A DNA stretch of 64,000 nt from the NCBI GenBank assembly GCA_964016885.1, contig OZ024741.1, positions 276,582,001 to 276,646,000 of the forward strand. The letters run 5' to 3'. The position numbers and the translations under genes were made by a program. Under the pieces are notes generated by a model. The model was not told the DNA's origin. It worked only from the letters and a program-made list of their open reading frames with translations, and did no database searches. Source of the DNA: Eledone cirrhosa. Taxonomy: Eukaryota. This document shows, piece after piece, positions 1 to 12,099 of this stretch; positions within the stretch are counted from its first letter, which is position 1, and every line of letters begins with the position of its first letter.

Positions 1-845
1 CGAAGGATGATTAATGTTAGTGTGCAGGAACAGTGAAGCATGTATGAGCTGAGAATAAGATTAGACATAAGAGGTATAATGTGCAGTGTACAGGAGAGAA
101 GGTTGCTTGGGTATTGACATGTACTGTGTATAGATAAATATTGTGAATGTATGTGGCTAGTGGCTTAATGGTTAGGGAATTGGATTAACAATCGTGAGAT
201 TACGAGTTCAATTCCTGGACCAGGCAATGCATTATATCCTTGAGCAAGACACTTTATTTCATATTGTCTTTCTGACAGGAGTTGTGACTGGTAGATAGTA
301 TCAGTAATGGAAAGACTAATGGAAACATCATTCCCTTGGTCCGATTTGACAACGTCTATTCCACTCAGTAAACGAATGAGGTCTGGGATCTTGTTGATCG
401 ATGTGGCTTAGTAGTTAGGGCATGTAACTTATTATGTAAATAGTGTCCCTGAGCAAGACATTTTAGCTTCATGTTGCTCCAATCCACTCTCCATGAGAAC
501 AAATTTGACGGTACGTGTGTCTGTGGAATGCTCAGCCACGTGCATGTTAATTTTACAAACAGGCTGTTCAGTTGTATAAATAACTGGAACACTTGACATT
601 GAACTGACATAGGTCCAACACTTAGGTGATGATTGCTGGTTGAAGAAATTGTAAGAGTTACAAATAGAAGGAAGGCTGGAAGAGAAAGACCAAGAAAGGT
701 ATGAGTAGAGGGAGCGAAAGTTGATCAGGAGAAACTGAGAGACACGATGGAGATGGCAAAGGAAAGAATCAAGTGGACAGATGGTGTAGTGGAGAGGAAT
801 TGGCTAACTAATGCAAGCATGGAAAAATAGATGTAAAAACCAGGA
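1..845 (+). mobile_element. Degenerate RTE LINE 3' end interrupted by nested SINEs (about 150-610)
   Basis: 1-145 translates to ..ELRIRLDIRGIMCSVQERRL.., like the RTE ORF at 31834-33324. It resumes at about 625 and ends in the ATGCAAGCATGGAAAA tail. tRNA-like heads with CCTTGAGCAAGACAC-type cores at about 150 and 400. Confidence 0.7.
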
Positions 846-1257
846 TGGGATGGCAGGTTAGCTCTGGACATTTATCTGTAAGATGTGTTGATATTGTTAG
901 GGTGATGGACTCACAATCATAAGGTTGTGGGTTTGAAACCTGCATAGGAATGTGACCATATCATTAAGACACTTAATAAACCTCCTATGAGATACAACCT
1001 TGTTGGAGGCCAGCTAAACCATAAGTGTGTGTGTGCTGTGAATTTCTTCTTTTTTTCTTTCATTTCATATTTAAAACATAAACAATCAATGAGAAATGTG
1101 TTCATAGGGCTATGTTTTATTTTATTTTTATGGGGTGGGAGAAAAATGCTACCAATTCACTTACAGCAATGCAACTACTGCAAAGAACAGGAAGTAATAA
1201 AATTAATAAAGTAAACAAATAAAAGATATCCACGCTCTTCCATACATTGTGATGCCT

Positions 1258-1380
1258 TCACCACTTCCAGATTTTAAAAAATCACCACTTTCAGATTTTT
1301 AAAAAATCACCACTTTCAGATTTTTAAAAAATCACCACTTTCAGATTTTTAAAAAATCACCACTTTCAGATTTAAAAAAT
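1258..1380. repeat. About 25-bp minisatellite, 5 copies
   Basis: TCACCACTTTCAGATTTTTAAAAAA repeated in tandem. Confidence 0.9.
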
Positions 1381-1613
1381 GCCAGTATAACAACACAAGG
1401 TATCCTTCTCTTAACTCTCCTTTTGATGAAGGAATATTTCCCCGAAATATTAAGGACTAGATAAACACCTCCAAGATAACATTCCAACAACTTTGTTTTC
1501 GTTAGTTTTAACATTTAACCTCCCAATTACATTGTTACAGCTCTATAAAAAAAACATTATTTTCTTTGTTTTATTTTATTTATTTATTTTTATTTTTTTT
1601 TTTATTGTTGCAG

Positions 1614-1752
1614 CATCCTGATTTGAGTGACATTAACCTACCATGGCCGCAAACCAAGTTCCAAGGTTACTACAAAATAGCCCGACACTATAGGTGGGCC
1701 ATCAACCAAGTATTAGTGAAACTTAATTTCTCAGCTGTGATAATTGTTGAAG
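1614..1752 (+). CDS. MGAT1: MGAT1 (alpha-1,3-mannosyl-glycoprotein 2-beta-N-acetylglucosaminyltransferase, GT13), first visible internal exon
   Basis: T-rich tract + CAG acceptor (1611-1613), GTAAGT donor at 1753. Translates HPDLSDINLPWPQTKFQGYYKIARHYRWAINQVLVKLNFSAVIIVE, matching the GnT-I motif FQGYYKIARHYRWA. Ends in phase 1. Confidence 0.96.
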
Positions 1753-2197
1753 GTAAGTAACCATGACAATTTTGGCACCTTTCTTTCTTTCTTTCTCTCT
1801 TTTTTTCTCTCTCTTTTTTTTTTTTTTTTTTTTTTATTTGCAGGCGAAAATAAATTGAGTATCTGAGTTGTCATCTATTTTTAACTAGTAGGATGCTATT
1901 TGAGGGAAACTTGGATGCTATTTCTAGTGAGTCAATAGATTGTATAGAAGCTCCCTTGTTGGCTTGTAGTGGTGGTGGTGGTATTTGTGATATTGGTGAA
2001 GATAACATAATAAGGATAGTAGTGGTGGTGGGGACTGCTTATGGCAGTGGTGGTGATGGTGGTGATATGATGATAATAATGATGGTGGTGGTAGTAATTT
2101 GTAATGGTTATGATGATGGTAGTGATAATTCTAGTAGTAATAGTGGTGGTAGTAGTGGTGATGTGATTTGATTATATTTAATCTGTTTTTATTTCCT

Positions 2198-2263
<66 letters not shown>

Positions 2264-2380
2264 TCTATCTAACAATCTCTATTTTTTTTCTATCTTTATA
2301 TATCTGTCTGTATCTACGTATTTATTTATCTATCACTCTGTTTATATCTATCTATCTAAATCCTCTCTCTATTGTTTCAG

Positions 2381-2515
2381 ATGACCTTGACATATCTCCT
2401 GATTTTTTTGAATATTTTGCCGCCACTTACCCAATTCTTCGAGCTGATCCAAAGCTATGGTGCGTCTCTGCATGGAACGACAATGGCAAGGATGGAATGG
2501 TCTCTAATGATGCAA
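2381..2515 (+). CDS. MGAT1: MGAT1 exon (completes the EDD metal-binding motif)
   Basis: TTTCAG acceptor, GTCAGT donor at 2516. Reads (D)DLDISPDFFEYFAATYPILRADPKLWCVSAWNDNGKDGMVSNDA; phases fit both neighbouring exons. Confidence 0.96.
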
Positions 2516-2860
2516 GTCAGTATATCTTTATCCTCTCATGACCATATTTCTAATGAAGTACACTCTGTTAGAGTTAACTCTTTTGAAACCATATTTTTAA
2601 TGTAATAAGGAATTAATTGATAAGATCTCATTGACTTACCAAGTGGGGTGGAACTCGTCACATTTGAGAAAGGAAACAATGTTTCCATTAGTCTTTCCAT
2701 TGCTGATACTATCTACCAGCTGCAAGTCCTGGCAGAAAGAACAACATGAAATAAAGTGTCTTGCTTCATGGCATAGAGTTCCAGCCTTTTACGTTCTGAT
2801 TTCAAATACTGCTGAGGTTAGCTTTACCTTCAATCCTTACGGAGTCAATAAAAGATATAC

Positions 2861-2907
<47 letters not shown>

Positions 2908-3379
2908 TTGTATGCATCATAGTATCTGTCTCTATTTAGCTGTCTGTCTGACTCTTTGTATGTGACTCTCTCTCTCTTTGTCTCTCTCTCCATCCTTCCA
3001 TCCATTAAACTATCTTTTTATATCATGAAGTTGGTATGTCATTATTAAATATGTTACTAACTTTAGAGAGTTGATGATCTCAGCTTGTTACACACACACA
3101 CACACACACACACACGTGTGTGTATATATACATACATACATACATACATACCTGTGTGTGTGTGTGTATATATATATGAGAGATGGGGGGGGGGGCGTGT
3201 TTGTGCCATGACTAATTTCTGAAGTGGTTTATCACTTTCACTTCATTTAACTTTGTCTTTCTGTCTCACCCGTTCTCGCATTATATTTCACTTGCTTGAT
3301 TTTGGAATCGTCTTCAGATGACCTATTCTTACATAGATATATGTGTGTGTATATGTGTATATGTGTATGTGTATATATA

Positions 3380-4259
3380 CAGGGTGCGGACGATATTTGT
3401 TCGCAAGATTACTGTCTAAGAAAAAATAACACATTAGTTTTATTTTTTAAGATATATTTATCAAACTTGGGTCAGTTTGTCTTCATGACTTGTTCTTTCG
3501 ATCTCACTCGATATCCCCACCATTGGCTTTTATGACGGCCTCGGAACCGGCTACAGGCCTTCATCACTGTCCCCCGACTTAGGCCCCTAAAGGCACTTGT
3601 GATCCTGGCCTTCAGATCGTCTTTCGTATTGCAGCTAGATCTGCTGGAGTCTCGTTCCACTGCTCCCCACACAAAGAAGTCGAGGGGGTTGCAGTCAGGC
3701 GAGCTGAGAGGCCAGATGTCAGGTGAAGTGTGGTCGACAAAGTTCTCTGACAGCCAGCCTTGGGTCTTTCGGCTGGTATGGCACGGCGCTGAGTCTTGCT
3801 GCCACACGTACGGCCTACCTGCAGCTACCTGGTCGATCCAGGGCTTTACTACCTCGCTCAGAACACGGATGTAGCCATCGGTGTTCAGCTTGAGGCCCTC
3901 ATGGAAGAAGTGAGGTGGCATGACGTCACCTTGACTGCTGACAACACCTAAGACCAATGTTGTCGCTGGAGACTTTGTCTGCATGACTCTGGGCACATCT
4001 TTGGATGAGACAGCAAGCCACCTATTGTTCTGGGAGTTGATCTTCTGGTCTTATTTGTCCTCCCGGCACGGATTCCAAGAAGAACTCCGTGTCTCTTCCA
4101 CAAATTTGGAGTTTCAAAATTATTCATAATCAATTATTCTGAAAATAAATAATGGAAATATAGTCACTGTTTTATGAAGACAAGAGTGACAACAGAAGTA
4201 AAAAAACTTTGCATAAAATTAGCAGTTGAAAATTGCAAACAAATATCATCCACACCCTG
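3380..4259 (-). mobile_element. Tc1/mariner superfamily DD37D (maT-type) transposon, internally deleted
   Basis: TIRs CAGGGTGCGGACGATATTTGTTCGCAA / TTGCAAACAAATATCATCCACACCCTG flanked by TA on both sides. ORF 3472-3996 has QQDSAP...SPDCNPLD with exactly 37 residues between the 2nd and 3rd catalytic Asp. The DNA-binding domain and first Asp are deleted. Confidence 0.92.
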
Positions 4260-4420
4260 TATGTGTGTGTGTGTGCGTCTAACCCATGCTAGCGTGGAAG
4301 ATAGACGTTAAACGATGATGATGATGATGATGATGTGTATATATATATATATATGTGTGTGTGTGTATATGTATGTATCTATGTGTGTGTGTGTGTGTAT
4401 GCATGTATCTATGTGTGTGC

Positions 4421-4495
<75 letters not shown>

Positions 4496-4497
4496 TA

Positions 4498-4700
4498 TAA
4501 ACATCAAGTTTAATATAGAAATGGCTTCTACAGGACTAGAACTCAAGAGAAATCATCAGGGCTCACCTGATAATTATTTTTAATGAAACAGTTCTGGTCC
4601 TGTAGAAGCTATTTCTATATTAAACTTGATGTTTACACTCAACTAATGTATTGAGTACCTTACCAACTGTGGTTACTCCCCCGATTAAACCCGGGACGCA
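4498..4700 (+). mobile_element. Short fold-back element in (TA)n, probable PLE terminal-repeat remnant
   Basis: Inverted arms at about 4499-4545 and 4590-4634. Damaged hammerhead core CTGATAA..GAAAC..GTC; tail carries TATTGAGTACC. Confidence 0.6.
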
Positions 4701-4722
4701 CACACACACACACACATATATA

Positions 4723-4872
4723 TAACGAAGGAAGTGTGGTAAGGAAACAGGTGAACCATAACGCACCAGAGTACTCGATACTTAGGGTAGTAGAGTGGGT
4801 AATAGGAAAAGAGTTCAGATCTAGCCGTCGAAACGGCCGGAGCTCAACCGTTGGGGTCCTGACTCTTTTCCT
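4723..4872 (-). mobile_element. Short TA-flanked fold-back family (other copies at 55505-55650 and 58113-58323)
   Basis: Shares ACGCACCAGAGTACTC(G/A)ATA..AGGGTAGTAGAGTGGG and AGCCGTCGAAACGGC with the 58113 copy; partial inverted duplication of its GGAAAAGAGT segment. Confidence 0.7.
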
Positions 4873-5544
4873 ATATATATATATATATATTGGCTTCTAT
4901 TCAAGGGAGGCCCTCACTAGGCTCTTCATGGACATGTGTAACACACAGCCAAACATCTTCCACTGTCATGCAGTGTTGGTAAATTACTCAATGAGACCCT
5001 TTTCATGACCTCCTCTTTTGCGATGTGGTCTACGTCAAGAAACCCTATGGTGTGATCCTGAGACATCACCAAATGTTCCATAAGGACCATAAAGAAAAAA
5101 CGGAAAAAGAATGTAGATATATAAATAATCCCAGGTTTTTATTGATGGGATAACTCCATATGTATCTTAGTTCAGTCTTTATATATAACTTAGTTGACTT
5201 TATATATACCAAAGCCAACAGCTTTGAAAGGCAATTTATTTATTGATAGACAGGCGCATGATTTAGTGGTTAGAGTGCTGGGCTTGCAATTGAGAAGTTA
5301 TGAGTTTGATTCTCAGTTGTTCCAGTTTACTCAGCTGTAGAGTTGCGACATCACTGGTGCCAGGCTGTATCGCCCATTACCTTTCCTTTGGACAACATAG
5401 GTGTTGTGGAGAGGGGAGACTGGTATGCACGAGCGACTGCTGGTTTTCCACAAACAAACCTTGCCGAGGTTTGTGCCATGGAGGGTGCAAAACCATGGTG
5501 ATTTAGTGACCAATGGGGCCTTTAATTAAATATATATATATATA

Positions 5545-5850
5545 TACACCACCCCTTTCGATGTAAAGTTATGTTGGTACCACAACATCCAGTCCTAAAT
5601 AAATGAGGTCGTGTAGGTGTCACGACAAAAAAACACACAGTCCACGCTGTAATGTGGCCGTGTAGGTAACACGGTAAAAACCTCCCAGTCCACACTGTAA
5701 ATGTGGTTGGTGTTAGGAAGGGCATCCAGCCGTAGAAAACCCGCCAGATAGTCCTATACGAGCAAGACAACCAATCTTGCCTCAAGTGGGAAAATTCCCG
5801 TCCAAACCCATGCTAGCGTGGAAGATGGACGTTAAACGATGATGATGATC
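5545..5850 (+). mobile_element. RTE LINE 3' UTR fragment with (GAT)n tail
   Basis: Close match to the reverse complement of 31480-31800 and 42731-43030. Confidence 0.85.
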
Positions 5851-6510
5851 ATGATATATATATATGTATGTATGTGTGTATAAACATGAAATACAAGTCA
5901 ACAGGTTATAATTCACTTCATTTATTTATAGTTGTTGTTATATATATATTTCGGTGATAACCATTACGCAACAGTTATGACATCATCATACATTTAGAAG
6001 TTGAACAGATAAAAGAGAAAAACATGCAGAAAAAATAAAGCTTACTTCTCTTGTTTTGATTGATTGATATGCTCCGGGCTGATATTTGGTGTTGGTCTCT
6101 TAAAAGCACAGGTAACGAAGTGAATAATAACCTGTTGAATTGTACTTCATGTTTATAAATATACTCCACATGTGTACATCGTCGAGTGCTCTATCCTGCA
6201 TACTGAAGTGTCTGTGATTAACTAACACATAGTCTAATCAATTGTATATACATACATATATATATATATGTTTGTGTTTGTGTAGCCTCTGCACACCCTC
6301 TGCACCATACTATCGACGCCACCCCATCTATGGTTCAGCTAACCACTCGACTCCCGAGAATGAATATGACCGCAGCTAGTAAACAAGGACCCACACCCCA
6401 CCCTCCCGCACCAAAATTAGACTTATCGTCCCCTACTTTTGCTCTTTACTCTCTTTACTCTTTGTTCTTGAATGTTTGGTTGGTAGAGTCCATAACACCA
6501 ATCAAACCCA

Positions 6511-6570
6511 TTTTATAGCTCTGACGAATCCTACGGTTACGTAAGGAAGAAACATTGTAAGCCAATAAAA
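6511..6570 (+). ncRNA. Type-I hammerhead ribozyme motif (stem II closing mismatch)
   Basis: ttttata-gct CTGACGA a[tcct acg gtta cgt a agga]a GAAAC att GTA agc-ca-ataaaa; followed by (TA)n. Confidence 0.65.
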
Positions 6571-6668
6571 ATCTTTTGATGTTGTAGACGCTCTTGTGTT
6601 CTTTATCATATATATATATATATATATATAGTAATAATAATAAATTTGAAGACTAATCTGTTATTTTA

Positions 6669-6705
<37 letters not shown>

Positions 6706-6772
6706 CAAGGTTTAGCAAATAAGAAAAAGTTTAAAAAAAAATTTTTTAAAATTCACTGTACCTACTATAGTT

Positions 6773-6858
6773 ACCCTTACCGTACGATTTCAAGTCTCAA
6801 AAATAAATGGATAGTCCTTACGGACATCCATTGAAAAGAAAGACTCTCGTCAGAAGGT
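6773..6858 (-). ncRNA. Type-I hammerhead ribozyme motif, intact core
   Basis: Minus strand: acctt CTGACGA [gagtct..aatggat gtcc GTAA ggac t atccatt..agactt] GAAA tcgtacg GTA agggt. Confidence 0.85.
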
Positions 6859-6975
6859 TCTTTTCACTCGGAGAATATAAAATTCCCGAGTTCAAATTAC
6901 GAACTGGCGCTATTCATGTATGTATATATATGTGTAAATATACATACACACACATATATATATATATATGTATGT

Positions 6976-7007
<32 letters not shown>

Positions 7008-7144
7008 GTGTAAATATACATACACACACATATATATATATATGTATATATATATGTGTAAATATACATACACACACACATATATATATATATATGTATA
7101 TATATATATGTGTAAATATACATACACACACACATATATTATAT

Positions 7145-7463
7145 ATTCCATTTTATGTCCGCTTTTTCCTGCTTGCAAGGGTGGGACAGGAACTGATTCT
7201 GGCTTGATTTCTACAGCTGGATGCCCTTCCTAACACCAACCTTATTTACAGTGAGTGCTGGGTGCTTTTTTGCCGTGGCACCTCCACGACCACTTTGCAG
7301 TGGAATGATGTAGACCCCAGTCCCTATCATCTCATTTCTACAGGTGAGTAAACTGGAGCAATGTGAAATAAAGTGTCTTGCTCAAGGAAATAACACATCA
7401 TCCAGCCTGAGAATTGAACTCTCAACCTTTCGATTGCAAGGCCAATGCTCTAACCACTAAGCC
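7145..7463 (-). mobile_element. tRNA-headed SINE with RTE-derived tail
   Basis: Reverse complement gives a tRNA-like head (GGTTAGAGCATTGGCCTTGCAATCGAAAGGTTGAGAGTTCAATTC), the CCTTGAGCAAGACAC core, an AGGAAGGGCATCCAGC block and a tail matching the RTE end at 43245-43285. Near-identical copy at 45830-46155. Confidence 0.85.
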
Positions 7464-7476
7464 ATATATATATATA

Positions 7477-8398
7477 TTAGCAGCAGTACCCACCGTTGCC
7501 TGGGTAGGTAAAATAGTATCTGTTTTGATGAAAAGGTGTTGATTTTAGCGACTGCTTATCTATGGCCACATCCAGGGCCATGCGGGGGAGGGTGGTGATG
7601 ACCTTTATCACTGAGAAACGCGGGTGACTGACGAAGGGGCATGCTGGGGGAGGGAGGTAATGACCTCTAACACTAAGCCAAATTTCCTCATGCTACTTGA
7701 TTGGAAACCGATGAATTCTCAAATGCACAACTAAAAGCTCAGACGACGTCAGTGGCCATCGTTTTGCCTTTGACCATCTATAAGATGTGCAATGATAGGT
7801 TCTATCGTAGTATAAAAGTTTAACCAAATAAATTGATTTATGTGTGAGGTGGAGCCGAAGTTTCGAATTTGAACAAAATCGGTTGAAAAATGTGGGATCT
7901 AGAGCCGAAAGGTGGTATTTTCGAATATTTAAGCGGCTGCCATGCCGTTCTGGACAGAAAATCCAAAATGTAAGCCACTTTAAGATGTGGAATAATCAGA
8001 TCTAGCGTAGTGTAAAATTTGAACAAAGTAGGTTGATTAATGTGGGAGCTAGAGGCGAAAAAGTGGAAATTTGAGTCTAAAAGTGGTATTTTTGAATATT
8101 TATGTGGCTGCCACGCCGTCCCTGAACAACATAGGATGTGCACTGATAAATTCTATTTTGCTTTAAAATTTGAACGAAATCGGTGGCAAAATGTGGGAGC
8201 TAGAGCCAAAAATTATATTTTTCGATACCTAAAAAAAGGTGACCCCCCCCCCCCCCCCCCTAACGATTTTTATCTGCAGATTGACCCCGAAATAAAAAAT
8301 TGATACGCTGATATATAGAAAACACTCCCTGATGACTAATCTATGAGCCTGTAAAGTTTCATAAAAATCGGTCGTAAGATGTTTTATATATATACAGA
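7477..8398 (-). mobile_element. Non-autonomous Helitron
   Basis: Minus strand A|TCTGTATATATATAAAAC 5' end, 3' hairpin TACCCA..TGGGTA followed by CTAA|T (CTRR). Three internal repeats of AATTTGAAC.AAA..GGT.G..AATGTGGGA.CTAGAG. Confidence 0.75.
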
Positions 8399-8873
8399 TA
8401 TATATTATATACATATATAAATATATGTATTTATCTACATATATGAATACACACACACATATATATTCTAAACCAAACCCATGCTATTCATAAACTTAAG
8501 CAAGTACAATATCAGCCCCACCTATTACACACATACCACACAAGTCATGAATTAAATACAAACATGTCCTTCGAAATCCAGTCCTTGCAATAAAACAACA
8601 GCCAACCTGCTCCGATTACTATTATGGAGGCAACAGACCTCATCAGGTTGCAGCATTTGTCTTACATAGTTTTTCTATTACTCTACAGCAACTACCACCT
8701 TATTATATAAATGGCATTGAACACTAACATAATCAGTACAAGCACCAGAATCTAACCTGACCCAGACCAGAGCATCTTTGTTACATTCTTTTATCTTAAA
8801 TCATACCACATCTTTCACATTGTTGCATTGTCGCAGCCTTTGAATTACATACCTCCTTATATATATATATATA

Positions 8874-9446
8874 CAGGGTGCGGGCGATATGTGTTCGCAA
8901 GATTACTATCTATGAGAAAATAACACAGTACTTTTATTTTTTATTTTTGGGTCAGTTTGTTTTCATGACTTGTTCTTTCGATCTCACTCGATAAACCCGC
9001 CATTGGCTTTGATGACGGCCTCAAGGCAGCCTCGGAACCAGCTACAGGCCTTCGTCACTGTCCCCCGACTTAGGCCCCTAAAGGTACTTGTGATCCTGGC
9101 CTTCAGATCGTCTTTCGTATTGCAGCTAGATCTGTTGGTGTCTCGTTCCACTGCGCTCCACACAAAGAAGTCGAGGGGGGTTGCAGTCAGGCGAGCTGGG
9201 AGGCCAGATGTCAGGTGAAGTGTGGTCGACGAAGTTCTCTGACAGCCAGGCTTGGATCTTTCGGCTGGTATGGCAGGGCGCTGAGTCTTGCTGCCACACG
9301 TACGGCCTACCTGCAGCTACCTGGTCGATCCAGGGCTTTACTACCTCGCTCAGAACACGGATGTAGCCATCGGTGTTCAGCTTGAGGCCCTCAGGGAAGA
9401 AGTGAGGTGGCATGACATCACCTTGACTGCTGACAACACCTAAGAC
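8874..9446 (-). mobile_element. Second DD37D (maT) copy with only one TIR
   Basis: TA|CAGGGTGCGGGCGATATGTGTTCGCAA end and a transposase fragment nearly identical to 3472-3950; breaks off at a hairpin at 9446. Confidence 0.9.
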
Positions 9447-10192
9447 AAGACTATGTATTCTTAGCAGCTCCAGCGGGAAGAATACATAGTCTTGTTAAGG
9501 GGCAATAACTATTTTCTTTCTGCTACTGATGGAGCAAAGGATTACGTCAGTCATCTAGAAAACACATATTGAGGCTGTTTTCTTGCACTCTGTATGGGAT
9601 CTTCTGAAAATGTTTCAGAAGATCCCATCTAGAGTGAAATCAGATATTCTTTGCTTAAATTTTAATCTATCTATCTATATATATGTATGAATATGCATGC
9701 GTACACACACATATATGTGAGTATGTCTATATGTGTGTACTTGTATGCATATATATATGTTTATGTACATATATGTATATACATGCGTACACATATATGT
9801 GAGTCTCTATATGTGCATACATGTATGTATTTATATTTTCAACTCATTGATTTCTCTTTTTTTTTTTTAAATCTGTTTGTGGGAATAAATATATAATTAA
9901 ATATAGGAGAATTATTGGTGATTATTGAAATGTTTGGTGGTCCAGGCCAACAATGGTGATTGGTGATCTATAAAGCAAAGCTTTGCTGTACCACTGCCAG
10001 TTTTATGTCCTATTGTGAGGCATATAATACAATTAAAAGTAAAATTTAATATTTGGATAGTCTATCAAGTATTTCCTCATGAATCGTTGTGGGCCACCTT
10101 CTGAAAAACCTCCGTTATGCATCACTATTCTAAACAATTCTGTCTGCTGCAACTATTACTACTACTTCCACCACCATCACCACCACCACCAC

Positions 10193-11225
10193 TAATAATT
10201 GTTTCTACAAGGCCAGCAATTACTGGTACATTACTGGTACTTTATTTTATCGACCCCGTAAGGATGAAAGGCAAAGTTAACCTCGGCGGGATTTGAACTC
10301 AGATCATAATGGGCCATAACTCTATGCTGTAAAGCATGGCGTCCGACCCTCTACCGATACTGCCAATCCACCACCACTAAAATAATAATAATTGTTTCTA
10401 CTTTTGGCACAAGGCCAGCAATTATCCCAGTACATTACTGGTACTTTATTTTATCGATCTCGTAAGGATGAAAGCAAAGTTAACCTCAGTGGGATTTGAA
10501 TTCAGACCCTAAAGGGACGTAACACCGTGCTGCAAAGCATGGCATCCGACCCTCTACTGATACTGCCAATGCACTAAAATAATAATTGTTTCTACTTTTG
10601 GCACAAGGCCAGCAAATACCCAGTGTATTACGGGTACTTTATTTTATCGATCTCGTAAGGATGAAAGGCAAAGTTAACCTTGGCGGGATTTGAACTCAGA
10701 ATGGCAAGGGCCGTAACTCTATGCATCAAAGCATGGCGTCCGACCCTCTACCGATACTGCCAATCCACCACCCTACTAAAATAATAATGATAGTAATAAT
10801 GGTTTCTGATTTAGGCACAAGGCCAACAATTTTAAGAGAGGGGTAACTTGATTAACTCTTTAGCATTCACATTACTCTATATCTACTATTGTATTTTCAC
10901 AATAAAGGCTTTACCTTACATAATTATTCACATCGAAACTATGAGATTTTGATGTTATTATTTACTTTGAAAACAAGACCTTAACATCAGTATGAGTGGC
11001 TAGTTACGGCCAGTTTGAACAGAAAGAGGTGAGAGAATTCTAGCTGGTTATAGCCGGTTTGAATGCTAAAGGGTTAAATCAACCCCAATGAGTTACTGGT
11101 ACTTTATTTTATCTAACCTTAGCAAGATTTGAACTCAGAATGTAAAGAGACGTAACTCTATGCCACAATGCATGTTGTCTGACGCACTACTGATACTGGC
11201 AACCCACTGCCCTCACTCTAGATAA
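10193..11225 (-). mobile_element. Head-to-tail array of four SINEs (Nin-domain-like)
   Basis: About 190-200-bp units with a tRNA-like GAGTTCAAATCC B-box, ACTTTGCCTTTCATCCTTACGGGGTCGATAAAATAAAGTACC and (ATT)n tails. The last unit is split by a MITE. Confidence 0.8.
10852..11077. mobile_element. piggyBac-type MITE
   Basis: TTAA|CTCTTTAGCATTCA ... TGAATGCTAAAGGG|TTAA, inserted into a SINE. Confidence 0.8.
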
Positions 11226-11351
11226 TAATAATGATTTCTTTATCAGCCACACAGAGCTTAATCAAGAAAATATTAAAGAGGATCCAATGTGGGTTTTTGT
11301 ATGATAGTTTTTGTGACTCTTCTCTTCTCCCCAAATTGTTGGCTAAATTAG

Positions 11352-11450
11352 AACTCTGGTTCTTGTCTGATCACCGAAGTTAAGCAACGTCGAGCCTAGT
11401 TAGTACTTAGATGGATGTCCGCTTGGAAAACCTAGGTGCTGTAAGCATTT
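11352..11450 (+). pseudogene. 5'-truncated 5S rRNA pseudogene
   Basis: GGTTCTTGTCTGATCACCGAAGTTAAGCAACGTCGAGCCTAGTTAGTACTTAGATGG..AGGTGCTGTAAGCATTT follows the 3' 80% or so of metazoan 5S rRNA, including the A and C boxes, with several substitutions. Confidence 0.88.
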
Positions 11451-12099
11451 CCTATATATTTGAATCAGAAACCATTGTTTTGGGAGAATAATCTGGGATT
11501 TTTTGTAAAGTTTTAACCTCAAAATACCCTCAATGGTCTTTTCTGCTATTGAGTAATCTGGAACCTTTTTGTGAGGTTTTTGCCCCAAATTACACTTACT
11601 GTTTTTTTCTGCTATTGAGTGAGTTTTTTTTGTTGGAAATTTATTGTTTTTGTTTGTTTTTACTCTTTTTATTCAATGTAAACCCGCTCTTTATGTTGTA
11701 AGTTGTCTTTGTAATGTCCTTAATGTCTTGGGCCATTGTTGCCAATAAAAGAAATTATTGCTATTGTTATTATTAGTAGTGGTGTTGTTATCATTGCTAT
11801 TATAAATTTTATTATTGTTATTATGTAAAAGAAAAGTAATAACAACAACCGTGGTCTCCACAAAGTCGAGACCACATTAGTTATTAATTCTTCGATATAT
11901 ATTAAATTATTGTCTTCCACAATAAGTTTGCCCACCCTGTCTGGTCATTCTGGTTTCAACCAGTTCTGTGATGGGAACTAGGCTTCTTTCTCTCAGTCAC
12001 CACTACTACTACTACTATTGCTGCTGCTGCTGCTATTTGTTTGTTTCTTTGTTTATTTTTCTTTCATCTATTTATTCATTCATTATTCTGCTCCATACT

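Noticed and set aside
1258-1380. Regular short direct repeats (also 16128, 29670, 52866) as a CRISPR-like array
   Set aside because: No unique spacers, eukaryotic context and no cas genes; these are ordinary minisatellites.
7400-7463. tRNA gene (GCA anticodon-like) on the minus strand
   Set aside because: The acceptor stem is not formed and it continues into a SINE core; it is a SINE head.
8560-8660. CTGATGA on the minus strand as a hammerhead
   Set aside because: No correctly placed GAAA and no closable stem I.
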